Program-made: the position numbers and the translations under genes
The notes under the pieces: generated by a model
The model's database searches: none
What the model was told of the DNA's origin: nothing
What the model saw: the letters and a program-made list of their open reading frames with translations, nothing else
Part shown: positions 27,174-37,385 of the stretch, piece by piece
Layout of the letters: each line of letters opens with the position of its first letter
Numbering within the stretch: position 1 is the stretch's first letter
DNA from: Thermoleophilia bacterium
GTDB lineage: Bacteria; Actinomycetota; Thermoleophilia; UBA2241
DNA length: 50,350 bases
Assembly: GCA_041648235.1 (NCBI GenBank)
Contig: JBAZPK010000001.1
Coordinates: 1 to 50,350 of the forward strand
Direction: 5' to 3'

Positions 27174-28373
27174 CTAGTCGTCTTCCGGCTGGCGGACGAA
27201 GGCCGGGATCTCAAAGACCGCCGCATCGGCGTCCGGGGGCCGGACCGGCGACGGGCGGCGCTCCGCCTCGCGGGGCGGCCGTGCCTCCGGGCGACGCTCT
27301 GGCGCGGCGCCGCCGGCGTCGGCGCGGCGGACCTCGCCACCGAACCCGGTGGCGATGACGGTGATCGAGATCTGACCCTCGAGCCGCTCGTCGACCACGG
27401 CGCCGAAGATGATGTTGGCGTCGTCGTCGGCGGCCTCGCTGATGACCCCTGCGGCCTCGTTGACCTCGAACAGCGTGAGGTCGCTGCCGCCGGTGATGTT
27501 GAGCAGGAGCCCTCGGGCGCCGTTGATGCTGGTCTCGAGGAGCGGTGAGTTGATGGCCATGTCGGCGGCCACCTGGGCGCGGTTCTCGCCGCCGGCCACA
27601 CCGATGCCGAGCAAAGCGGTGCCGGCGTCCTTGACGATGGTGCGCACATCGGCGAAATCGAGGTTGATGAGCCCCGGCACGGTGATGAGGTCGGTGATGC
27701 CCTGGACACCTTGGCGGAGCACGTCGTCGGCGTGCTGAAACGCCTCCACCACGCTGGTGTTGCGCTCAACGACGTCGAGCAGGCGGTCGTTGGGGATCGC
27801 GATCACCGTGTCGGCGACGTCGCGAAGGACGGCGATGCCGTCCAGCGCCTGGCGCTGGCGGCGGTTGCCCTCGAAGCCGAAGGGCCGCGTGACGATGGCC
27901 AGGGTGACGGCGCCCAGCTCGCGAGCGATGGCGGCCACGACGGGCGCCCCTCCGGTGCCGGTACCCCCGCCCTCGCCGGCCGTGACGAAGACGAGGTCGG
28001 CGCCGCGCAGCGCGGCCTTGAGCTGATCGCGGCTGGCCTCCATGGCCTCGCGCCCCACGGCCGGATCGGCGCCGCCACCCAGCCCGTGGGTGATCTCCTG
28101 GCCGATGTGGATCTTGACGTCGGCATCGCAGACGTCGAGCTGCTGCACGTCGGTGTTGACGGCGATGAACTCGACGCCCTTGACGCCCGAGTCGACCATC
28201 CGGTTGACGGCGTTCGTGCCGGCGCCGCCGATGCCGACGACCTTGATCGTAGTGACATAGGGCCTGCCCTTGACCACGGCGTCCGCGGCCGAGGGCTCAC
28301 CCAGCGGCCCGCCCGCGTCGGTGCGCCGGAAGAGCTCGCTCAGTCCATCCTTCATGCTAGGACGATCTGCCAT
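27174..28373 (-). CDS. ftsZ: cell division GTPase FtsZ
   Basis: Motifs [33 protein letters not shown] and the C-terminal peptide [12 protein letters not shown] 28373 is preceded by GGGAGGTG (28385-28378). Alternative in-frame starts are ATG 28355 and GTG 28277. Confidence 0.93.
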   Translation of the reverse strand: MADRPSMKDGLSELFRRTDAGGPLGEPSAADAVVKGRPYVTTIKVVGIGGAGTNAVNRMVDSGVKGVEFIAVNTDVQQLDVCDADVKIHIGQEITHGLGGGADPAVGREAMEASRDQLKAALRGADLVFVTAGEGGGTGTGGAPVVAAIARELGAVTLAIVTRPFGFEGNRRQRQALDGIAVLRDVADTVIAIPNDRLLDVVERNTSVVEAFQHADDVLRQGVQGITDLITVPGLINLDFADVRTIVKDAGTALLGIGVAGGENRAQVAADMAINSPLLETSINGARGLLLNITGGSDLTLFEVNEAAGVISEAADDDANIIFGAVVDERLEGQISITVIATGFGGEVRRADAGGAAPERRPEARPPREAERRPSPVRPPDADAAVFEIPAFVRQPEDD

Positions 28374-29115
28374 TCAGCACCTCCCGTGCGAGCGCGCGGT
28401 ACGACTCGGCACCTCTACCTCGGGAATCGTACTTCAACACCGAGGAGCCCGTCACCGGTGCCTCGGCGAACTTGATGGTCTTCCGCACCACGGTGTCGAA
28501 CACGAGCTCGCCGAAGTTCTCCCGCAGCACCTCGATGGACTCCTTGCCGTGGGAGGTACGCGCGTCGAACAGGGTCGGCAGGATGCCCTGGATGTGGACG
28601 TCCGGGTTGAGGTTCTCGCGGATCATCTCGAGCGTGCGTTCGAGCTGCAGGAGGCCGCGCAGCGAGAGGTACTCGCACTGAACCGGGACGATGACGCTCT
28701 CCGCGGCGGTGAGCGCGTTGATGGTCAGCAGCCCGAGCGAGGGCGGCGTGTCGATGAGGATGTAGTCGTACCGCTCGCGCACCGGGTCGAGGGCCCGTTG
28801 CAGGGCTCGCTCACGGCCGATCATCGTGGCCAGCGCCATCTCGGCCCCGGCGAGGTCGATGGTGGACGCCGCCACGTCCAGCTCGCGCTCGTAGATCACG
28901 TCCTCGATCGGTGTCCGGTGCACGAGGACGTCGTACATGCTCTTCTCGAGCCCCTCCGTGTCGATCCCCTGGCTCATGGTGAGGTTGCCCTGGGGGTCCA
29001 TGTCGACGGCGAGCACGCGAAGGCCATGCTCACGCAGAGCCGCGCCCAAGTTCACCGTGGAGGTGGTCTTGGCTACGCCGCCCTTCTGGTTGGCGAAGGC
29101 GATGACATGCGGCAT
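28357..29115 (-). CDS. parA: ParA/Soj-family ATPase (orphan, no parB adjacent)
   Basis: The ORF-track frame is trimmed to ATG 29115 ([24 protein letters not shown], deviant Walker A). Also [10 protein letters not shown] and [10 protein letters not shown]. The 3' end overlaps ftsZ by 17 nt. Confidence 0.88.
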   Translation of the reverse strand: MPHVIAFANQKGGVAKTTSTVNLGAALREHGLRVLAVDMDPQGNLTMSQGIDTEGLEKSMYDVLVHRTPIEDVIYERELDVAASTIDLAGAEMALATMIGRERALQRALDPVRERYDYILIDTPPSLGLLTINALTAAESVIVPVQCEYLSLRGLLQLERTLEMIRENLNPDVHIQGILPTLFDARTSHGKESIEVLRENFGELVFDTVVRKTIKFAEAPVTGSSVLKYDSRGRGAESYRALAREVLNGRSS

Positions 29116-29141
29116 CTTGGCGTTACCCCTGTGTCGACACG

Positions 29142-29171
29142 ACGTTAGAACGCAGTTCGGGCCGCAGGCAA
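29142..29171 (-). promoter_or_regulatory. weak candidate promoter for parA-ftsZ (TTGCCT - 18 nt - TAACGT)
   Basis: On the minus strand, TTGCCT at 29171-29166 and TAACGT at 29147-29142. The hexamers are only moderately good. Confidence 0.25.
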
Positions 29172-29183
29172 GAATCCCTGCAC

Positions 29184-29218
29184 GCGACGAGCCCCGCAGG
29201 CGCCGCAGGGCTCGTCGC
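29184..29218 (-). terminator. strong hairpin downstream of yajC (GCGACGAGCCC ... GGGCTCGTCGC)
   Basis: 11-bp perfect GC-rich stem with a 13-nt loop, 36 nt after the yajC stop. The minus strand continues GTGCAGGGATTCTT, so there is no immediate U-tract. Confidence 0.4.
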
Positions 29219-29254
29219 GCCGATCGTCGTCGCTGAGGCGGGCACGGCGCCGCG

Positions 29255-29668
29255 TCAGGCCTTGGGGGCCTCCGGCGGCGGCGGAGCGTCCGGCGCCTCG
29301 TCGGCAGCCTCCTCGGAGGCATCGGCGACGTCCTCGGTCTCGTCGACGGCCTCCTCGACGAAGTCTTCGTCGGCCGCCTCGATGTACTCGTCCTCTTCGT
29401 CTTCATCGATGCTGGTGATCGAAGAGACGGCACGCTTCAGGAAGCGGGACCGGGTGCGCTTGGCGATCTCGAGCTCCACCCAGTCTTCGCCGATCGCGGT
29501 CACTTTGCCGTAGATCCCGCCGATGGTGACGACCTCGTCACCCTTCTTGAGCATCGACACCAGGTCCCGGTGAGCCTGACGCTGGCGGCGCTGCGGCCGG
29601 ATGGCGAGGAAGTAGAAGATCCCGAAGAAGACCAGGATCCAGATGATGATGGCCGCGCTTCCACCCAT
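29255..29668 (-). CDS. yajC: preprotein translocase subunit YajC with acidic C-terminal extension
   Basis: MGGSAAIIIWILVFFGIFYFLAIRPQRRRQ...LKKGDEVVTIGGIYGKV. ATG 29668 is preceded by AGGAGG at 9-nt spacing. The ORF-track TTG 29677 is less likely. Confidence 0.88.
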   Translation of the reverse strand: MGGSAAIIIWILVFFGIFYFLAIRPQRRQRQAHRDLVSMLKKGDEVVTIGGIYGKVTAIGEDWVELEIAKRTRSRFLKRAVSSITSIDEDEEDEYIEAADEDFVEEAVDETEDVADASEEAADEAPDAPPPPEAPKA

Positions 29669-29673
29669 GCGGC

Positions 29674-31989
<2,316 letters not shown>

Positions 31990-31993
<4 letters not shown>

Positions 31994-32559
31994 CCGGCCC
32001 GCTTTCGAGCCGCCCGCTCCCGCCAGGCCTCCCACTTGCTGGCGGCGCAGCCGCAGTACGGCTGCCGGTACAGGCCGAGCCGGCGGCTCTCGGCGTAGCT
32101 CGTGGCGAAGCCGCCGCGCAGGTCGAGGTAGGCGAACGCCACGCCGTGCGCGGCTGCGGCCTCCTCACCGGCAGCCACGATCAGATCATGGCGCTGGTAC
32201 GGGCTCACGCTGAGCGTGGTGCTGAAGCGCGGCACGCCGAGCCGGGCCGCGGCCGCCGCCGTGGCCCCGAGGCGCAGGCGCAGGCAGGCGCCGCAGCGCT
32301 CGTCGCCGACGGCCTCGCCGAGCGTGGCGCGCCACGCCTGCCAGCCCGGCTCCTGCCCCCCGCTCCCGGACTCGAGGAGCTGGAGGCCGGCCGCGCGGCT
32401 GAAGCGCCGCATGCTCTCGCGGCGGCGCTCCAGCTCCGCGGCCGGCTGGATGTTGGGGTTGTCGAACCACGCCACGGGTTCGCAGCCGCGCTCGCGCCAG
32501 GCGGGCACGGCGACGCTGGCGCACGGGCCGCAGCACGCATGCAGAAGCAGATCGTCCAT
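31990..32559 (-). CDS. queH: epoxyqueuosine reductase QueH (DUF208)
   Basis: 189 aa: LLLHACCGPCA...NPNIQP...CGACLRLRL...STTLSVSPYQ...YRQPYCGC. Confidence 0.88.
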
Positions 32560-32565
32560 CGTCCG

Positions 32566-32571
32566 AGTATA
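32566..32571 (-). promoter_or_regulatory. -10 box TATACT placed 6 nt upstream of the queH ATG (leaderless transcript candidate)
   Basis: The minus strand reads GGCTATACTCGGACGATG. No SD lies between the box and the start, and the -35 is poor. Confidence 0.35.
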
Positions 32572-32592
32572 GCCTGCCGGCAGAGCCGGCGA

Positions 32593-32624
32593 CCGCGGCG
32601 CAGGGGTGTGCGACGGCGCCGCGG
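32593..32624 (-). terminator. hairpin after ruvB (CCGCGGCGC ... GCGCCGCGG)
   Basis: 9-bp perfect stem with a 14-nt loop, 25 nt after the ruvB stop. No U-tract. Confidence 0.3.
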
Positions 32625-32649
32625 AGGTGTGGAGCGGCGAGCGCTGCCC

Positions 32650-33684
32650 TCAGCCGCCGTCGAAGAGGGTACCGGCCGCGGCCGGCGGCTTGAGGCCGCA
32701 GTGAAGGAAGCCGGAACGCGTGAGCACGCGCCCCCGCGGCGTCCGCTTGAGGAAGCCCTGCATGATCAAGTAGGGCTCGTAGACGTCCATCACCGTGTCG
32801 GCCTCTTCACCCAGGGCCACGGCGAGCGTGTCGAGGCCCACCGGCCCGCCGTCGAACTTCTGGGCGATCGCGCACAGGATGTCGCGGTCGAGCTTGTCGA
32901 GGCCTTCGGCATCGACCTGGAACAGCTCGAGAGCCGCGAGGCAGACGGCCACGTCGACGACGCCCTCGTGGCGCACCTCGGCGAAGTCGCGGACGCGCCG
33001 CAGCAGCCGGTTGGCCACCCGCGGGGTGCCGCGCGAGCGCCCGGCGATCTCGAGGGCTGAAGCATCGTCGATCGCGACTTTGAGGATGCCCGCCGAACGC
33101 TTGACGATGGCCGCCAGCTCCTCGATCTCGTAGTACTCGAGCCGCTGCCAGACGCCGAAGCGGTCTCGCAAGGGGGTGGTCAGCAGGCCCGTGCGGGTGG
33201 TGGCGCCGATGAGAGTGAACGGCTGGACCTGCATGCGGATGGAGCGCGCTGCCGGCCCCTCGCCGATCATGATGTCGATCTCGTAGTCCTCCATGGCCGG
33301 GTAGAGCACCTCTTCCACGGCGGCGTTGAGACGGTGGATCTCGTCGACGAAGAGGACGTCGCCCTCCTGGAGGTTGGTGAGCAGGCCGGCGACGTCGACC
33401 TTGCGCTCGAGAGCCGGCCCGGACGTGGTGTGCATGCCGACGCCGAGCTCGCCGGCGATGATCCCGGCGAGGGTCGTCTTGCCGAGGCCGGGCGGCCCGG
33501 CGATGAGCACGTGGTCGAGCGTGTCGCCGCGGCGCCGGGCGGCCTCGACGAAGATCTCGAGCTGCTCCTTGGCGCTGCGCTGCCCAACGAAGTCGGAGAA
33601 GCGCCGCGGGCGCAGGCCGAGCTCGAGGTCGCGGTCGTCGGCGCGCTCGATGGGGTCGCCGATGCGGTCGGCGGGCGGCGTCAC
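32650..33684 (-). CDS. ruvB: Holliday junction branch migration helicase RuvB
   Basis: The ORF-track frame is trimmed to GTG 33684 (GTGA overlap with the ruvA stop). Walker [12 protein letters not shown] and Walker [10 protein letters not shown]. Confidence 0.93.
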   Translation of the reverse strand: MTPPADRIGDPIERADDRDLELGLRPRRFSDFVGQRSAKEQLEIFVEAARRRGDTLDHVLIAGPPGLGKTTLAGIIAGELGVGMHTTSGPALERKVDVAGLLTNLQEGDVLFVDEIHRLNAAVEEVLYPAMEDYEIDIMIGEGPAARSIRMQVQPFTLIGATTRTGLLTTPLRDRFGVWQRLEYYEIEELAAIVKRSAGILKVAIDDASALEIAGRSRGTPRVANRLLRRVRDFAEVRHEGVVDVAVCLAALELFQVDAEGLDKLDRDILCAIAQKFDGGPVGLDTLAVALGEEADTVMDVYEPYLIMQGFLKRTPRGRVLTRSGFLHCGLKPPAAAGTLFDGG

Positions 33685-34283
33685 GAGGCGCTCCGGTCGC
33701 GCGTGAGCGCGTACTTCACGAGGTTCTCGAGCGACGCGCCCTCCGGGGCACCGCGCAAGGCCTCCTCGGCCTCGCGCAGGCTGAGGCCGAGGTTCTGCAG
33801 CGCCGAGCGGGCCGGGATGAACGCGTCGCCCAGCGGGGCACCGGACCCGCCGGCTTCGCCGGCGCCGGCCGGCGGGAGGCCGCCGACCCTGTCCTTGAGC
33901 TCGACGATGAGCCGCTGGGCGAGCTTGCGGCCGATGCCCGGGATGCTCTCGAACTTCTTGGCGTCGTCGCGCGCCACGGCAAGCTCGAGCTCCTCCACCG
34001 GGTAGCCGGAGAGCACGGCCAGCGCGACCTTGGGGCCTACGCCACTGACCGCGATCAGCCAATGGAAGAAGGCGCGTTCGCGCACGCTGCGGAAACCGAA
34101 CAGCTGGAGCGAATCCTCGCGGACGTGGAGATAGGTGTGGAGCGCGACCTCCTCGCCCAGCCCTCCGGCAAGGCCGCCCAGCGTGCGTCCCGAGGCCAGC
34201 ACCTCGATGCCAAAGCCGCCGACCTCGACCACAGCGCGCTCTCCGTCGACGAGCCGAAGGCGCCCGCGGATGGAGGCGATCAC
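33681..34283 (-). CDS. ruvA: Holliday junction DNA-binding protein RuvA
   Basis: 200 aa: MIASIRGRL...VGGFGIEV..., HhH motifs ([20 protein letters not shown]). GTGA overlap with the ruvC stop. Confidence 0.92.
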   Translation of the reverse strand: MIASIRGRLRLVDGERAVVEVGGFGIEVLASGRTLGGLAGGLGEEVALHTYLHVREDSLQLFGFRSVRERAFFHWLIAVSGVGPKVALAVLSGYPVEELELAVARDDAKKFESIPGIGRKLAQRLIVELKDRVGGLPPAGAGEAGGSGAPLGDAFIPARSALQNLGLSLREAEEALRGAPEGASLENLVKYALTRDRSAS

Positions 34284-34795
34284 CGGCGCCCGCCAGGGGC
34301 GCGACGCACCGCCGCCGTGAACGCCGCGCCGTTGTGGTGCGTGTGCGTGATCGCGACCGCGAGGGCGTCGGCCGCGTGGTCGGGCTGCGGGATGTGCGAG
34401 AGCCCGAGGATCACCTTGGTCATCTCCTGCACCTGGACCTTGCTGGCGCGGCCGTAGCCCGTGACGGCTCGCTTGATCTGCAGCGGCGAATACTCGAGCG
34501 GGGCCGTGGGGAGGTCTGAGGCGGCGAGGATCAGGACACCCTTGGCCTGGCCCACGGCGAGCGCGGTGCGCACGTTGACGTTCACGAAGAGCTCCTCGAG
34601 CACGACGATGTCGGGGGCGAAGCGCAGGATGAGGCCGCGGGCCTGGTCGTGGATCTGCCGCAGCCTCACATGCATGTCGTCCTTGGCCGACGTGACGATG
34701 CAGCCGTGCCCCAGCGAGCGCAGGCGGTTGCCCTCCTGCTCGATGACGCCCCAGCCGGTGCTGGCCGTGCCCGGGTCGAACCCGAGGACGATCAC
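34280..34795 (-). CDS. ruvC: crossover junction endodeoxyribonuclease RuvC
   Basis: 171 aa: [17 protein letters not shown]...VVLEELFVN...[15 protein letters not shown] start preceded by AGGGAG. Confidence 0.92.
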   Translation of the reverse strand: MIVLGFDPGTASTGWGVIEQEGNRLRSLGHGCIVTSAKDDMHVRLRQIHDQARGLILRFAPDIVVLEELFVNVNVRTALAVGQAKGVLILAASDLPTAPLEYSPLQIKRAVTGYGRASKVQVQEMTKVILGLSHIPQPDHAADALAVAITHTHHNGAAFTAAVRRAPGGRR

Positions 34796-34854
34796 GGCCG
34801 GCTCCCTACGCCCAGCTTGTGCCCCCAGGGGGCCCCTGCGGCTGCTTTCACGCG

Positions 34855-35604
34855 TCAGCCGGCCAGCCGCTCGAGAACGTCCTCGGGGATGTCGAAGTTC
34901 GCGTAGACCTCCTGCACGTCGTCGCTGTCTTCCAGCGCGTCGACGATCTTCATGGTCTTGCGGGCGTCGTTCTCCTCGAGCTTCACGGTGTTCTTGGGGA
35001 CCATGGTGAGCTCAGCCTGCTCGAACTCGATGCCGGCGGCGGCGAGGGCGTCGCGCACCGCCGCGAGGTCGGCTGGCTCGGTGAGGATCTCGAACTCGTC
35101 GCCGTCCTGGCGCACGTCGTCGGCGCCGGCCTCGATGGCAGCGGTCATGACCTCGTCCTCGCCGAACCGGGCACCATCGACGACGATGGAGCCTCGGCGC
35201 TCGAAGACCCAGGCGACGGCGCCGGGCTGCGCCAGCTGGCCGCCGTGCTTGCTGAAGATGTTGCGCACGTCCGCGGCGGAGCGGTTCTTGTTGTCGGTGA
35301 GCACCTCGACGATGATCGCCACGCCGGCAGGGCCATAGCCTTCGTAGAGGATGTTCTCGTACGAGGCGCCGTCGGCGCCACCGCCGCCGCGCTGGACGGC
35401 GCGCTCGATGTTGTCCTTGGGCATCGAGTAGCTGCGCGCCTTCTCGATGGCGTTGGCCAGGGAGACGTTCAGCGCCGGGTCGGTGCCACCCTCACGGGCG
35501 GCCACCGAGATGGCGCGGGACAGCTTGGAGAACAGCTTGCCGCGCTTGGCGTCTTCCTTGCCCTTCTTGTGCTTGATGGTGGCCCATTTGGAGTGCCCGG
35601 ACAC
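34855..35604 (-). CDS. yebC: YebC/PmpR family DNA-binding regulator
   Basis: MSGHSKWATIKHKKGKEDAKRGKLFSKL... GTG start preceded by GAGGAGGTG. Confidence 0.93.
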   Translation of the reverse strand: MSGHSKWATIKHKKGKEDAKRGKLFSKLSRAISVAAREGGTDPALNVSLANAIEKARSYSMPKDNIERAVQRGGGGADGASYENILYEGYGPAGVAIIVEVLTDNKNRSAADVRNIFSKHGGQLAQPGAVAWVFERRGSIVVDGARFGEDEVMTAAIEAGADDVRQDGDEFEILTEPADLAAVRDALAAAGIEFEQAELTMVPKNTVKLEENDARKTMKIVDALEDSDDVQEVYANFDIPEDVLERLAG

Positions 35605-35623
35605 GGGGACACCACCTCCTCTC

Positions 35624-36277
35624 TCAGCGGTTGGCGGACGCCGCGGCGGCGCGGTGCGGCTCAGCGGTGAGGCGCGGCTCCGCCGCGCCCGCCGGTTCGG
35701 CCGCCGCGCCCTCCGGGCGGCGGATCATGGCGATGAACAGCTCGTGCAGGCGCGTGTCGTCGGTGAGCTCGGGGTGGAAGGCGGTGACGAGCACCGTCCC
35801 CTCGCGGGCGGCGACGATGCGGCCCTCGTGTACGGCCAGCACCTCGACCAGCGGGCTGGCGCTCTCGACCCACGGTGCGCGGATGAACACGGCCCGCACC
35901 GGCGCCGGCCCCAGGGCGCTCACCGTGAGATCGGCCTCGAAGCTCCGCACCTGGCGGCCGAAGGCGTTGCGTCGCGCGACGATGTCCATCAGGCCCAGCG
36001 TCGGCGGCGTGCCCTCCACAGTGCCGCACGCGACCGTGATCAGCCCGGCACAGGTGCCGAAGACGACGCCGCCGCGGCGGTGAAAAGCACGGATCGGCTC
36101 GGCCAACCCGTAGGCGTCCATGAGCTTGCTGATAGTGGTGCTCTCACCGCCCGGGATGACGAGGCCGTTGAGGCCGGGGAGATCGGCGGCGAGGCGCACC
36201 TCGCGCGCCACGGCGCCGAGCCGCTCGAGCATGAGGCGATGCTCGCGGAAGTCGCCCTGCAGGGCGAGCACGCCCAC
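35624..36277 (-). CDS. pdxT: pyridoxal 5'-phosphate synthase glutaminase subunit PdxT (start uncertain)
   Basis: [19 protein letters not shown] and catalytic FGTCAGLI. The frame is open up to 36574. Candidate starts are GTG 36277 (G-rich GGGGTGGGG upstream, typical PdxT length), GTG 36289 and GTG 36367. Confidence 0.8.
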   Translation of the reverse strand: MGVLALQGDFREHRLMLERLGAVAREVRLAADLPGLNGLVIPGGESTTISKLMDAYGLAEPIRAFHRRGGVVFGTCAGLITVACGTVEGTPPTLGLMDIVARRNAFGRQVRSFEADLTVSALGPAPVRAVFIRAPWVESASPLVEVLAVHEGRIVAAREGTVLVTAFHPELTDDTRLHELFIAMIRRPEGAAAEPAGAAEPRLTAEPHRAAAASANR

Positions 36278-36380
36278 CGTGAGCCCCACCCCGGGGCCGC
36301 GCCGGTCGGGAGCCGCCTCGGGCGACAGGATCCAGTCGAGCCGGCGTCTGCCGGTGCCGGAGCTCACGGCGCCGCCGAGC

Positions 36381-37265
36381 TCACCAGCCGCGGTGCTGGA
36401 TCTTGGCTTCTTCGGGCATGCGTGCGGCGTCGATGCCCGGCATGGCGTCGCCGAGGCCCACGCTGACCCCCGCCAGGATGGCGGCGTCGCGGTAGTTGGT
36501 GACCGCCTTGACGATCGCGTTGGCGCGCTTCTGCGGGTCCGAGCTCTTGAAGATGCCCGAGCCCACGAACACACCCTCGGCGCCGAGCTGCATCATCAGC
36601 GCGGCGTCGGCGGGGGTGGCGATGCCGCCGGCGCTGAAGTTGACGACCGGCAGCTTGCCTTGCTCGGCCACCCACTTGACCAGCTCGTACGGCGCCGGCA
36701 GCTGCTTGGCAGCCACGAAGAGCTCGTCCTCGTCGAGGGTCTGCAGGCGCCGGACCTCGCCCATGATCGTGCGCATGTGGCGCACCGCTTCGACCACGTC
36801 GCCGGTGCCGGCCTCGCCCTTGGTACGGATCATCGCCGCGCCTTCGCTGAGGCGCCGCAAAGCCTCGCCGAGGTTCACGGCACCGCAGACGAAGGGCACC
36901 TTGAACTTCCACTTGTTGATGTGGTTGGCCTCATCGGCGGGCGTGAGGACCTCGCTCTCGTCGATGTAGTCGACCTCGAGTGACTCGAGGATCTGGGCCT
37001 CGACGAAGTGCCCGATACGCGCCTTGGCCATCACGGGGATGGAGACGCAGGCCTGGATCTCCTGAATCTTGGTGGGGTCGGCCATGCGCGCCACGCCGCC
37101 CTGGGCGCGGATGTCGGAAGGCACCCGCTCGAGGGCCATCACGGCGCAGGCGCCGGCATCTTCGGCGATCTTGGCCTGCTCGGCGTTGGTGACGTCCATG
37201 ATGACGCCGCCCTTGAGCATGTCGGCGAGGCCGCTCTTCACACGCATGGTGCCGATATCAGTCAC
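36381..37265 (-). CDS. pdxS: pyridoxal 5'-phosphate synthase lyase subunit PdxS
   Basis: 294 aa: [42 protein letters not shown]... GTG start preceded by GGAGG. Confidence 0.95.
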   Translation of the reverse strand: MTDIGTMRVKSGLADMLKGGVIMDVTNAEQAKIAEDAGACAVMALERVPSDIRAQGGVARMADPTKIQEIQACVSIPVMAKARIGHFVEAQILESLEVDYIDESEVLTPADEANHINKWKFKVPFVCGAVNLGEALRRLSEGAAMIRTKGEAGTGDVVEAVRHMRTIMGEVRRLQTLDEDELFVAAKQLPAPYELVKWVAEQGKLPVVNFSAGGIATPADAALMMQLGAEGVFVGSGIFKSSDPQKRANAIVKAVTNYRDAAILAGVSVGLGDAMPGIDAARMPEEAKIQHRGW

Positions 37266-37324
37266 GAGAACCTCCGTTGATGTACCACGTCAATCCTACC
37301 GCAGCGCCGAGCCGCGCCGCCACC

Positions 37325-37350
37325 ACCGCGGCGTCACAAAATGCCGCGGT
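37325..37350 (-). terminator. hairpin after the EF-G paralog (ACCGCGGC - 10 nt - GCCGCGGT)
   Basis: 8-bp perfect stem whose loop contains UUUU, 36 nt after the stop at 37386. No trailing U-tract. Confidence 0.25.
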
Positions 37351-37385
37351 ATGCGGGGAAACTCTGGACGAGCGGGCGTGAGCGC

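Noticed and set aside
29148-29158. GAACGCAGTTC upstream of parA as a possible second LexA box.
   Set aside because: The half-site spacing is N3, not the N4 of the GAAC-N4-GTTC SOS box, and the flanks do not match. It is kept only as a low-interest palindrome.
32560-32649. A preQ1 riboswitch upstream of the queH-queA-tgt cluster.
   Set aside because: No preQ1-I or preQ1-II-like conserved sequence is present. The spacer is occupied by a hairpin and a -10 box placed directly before the start codon.
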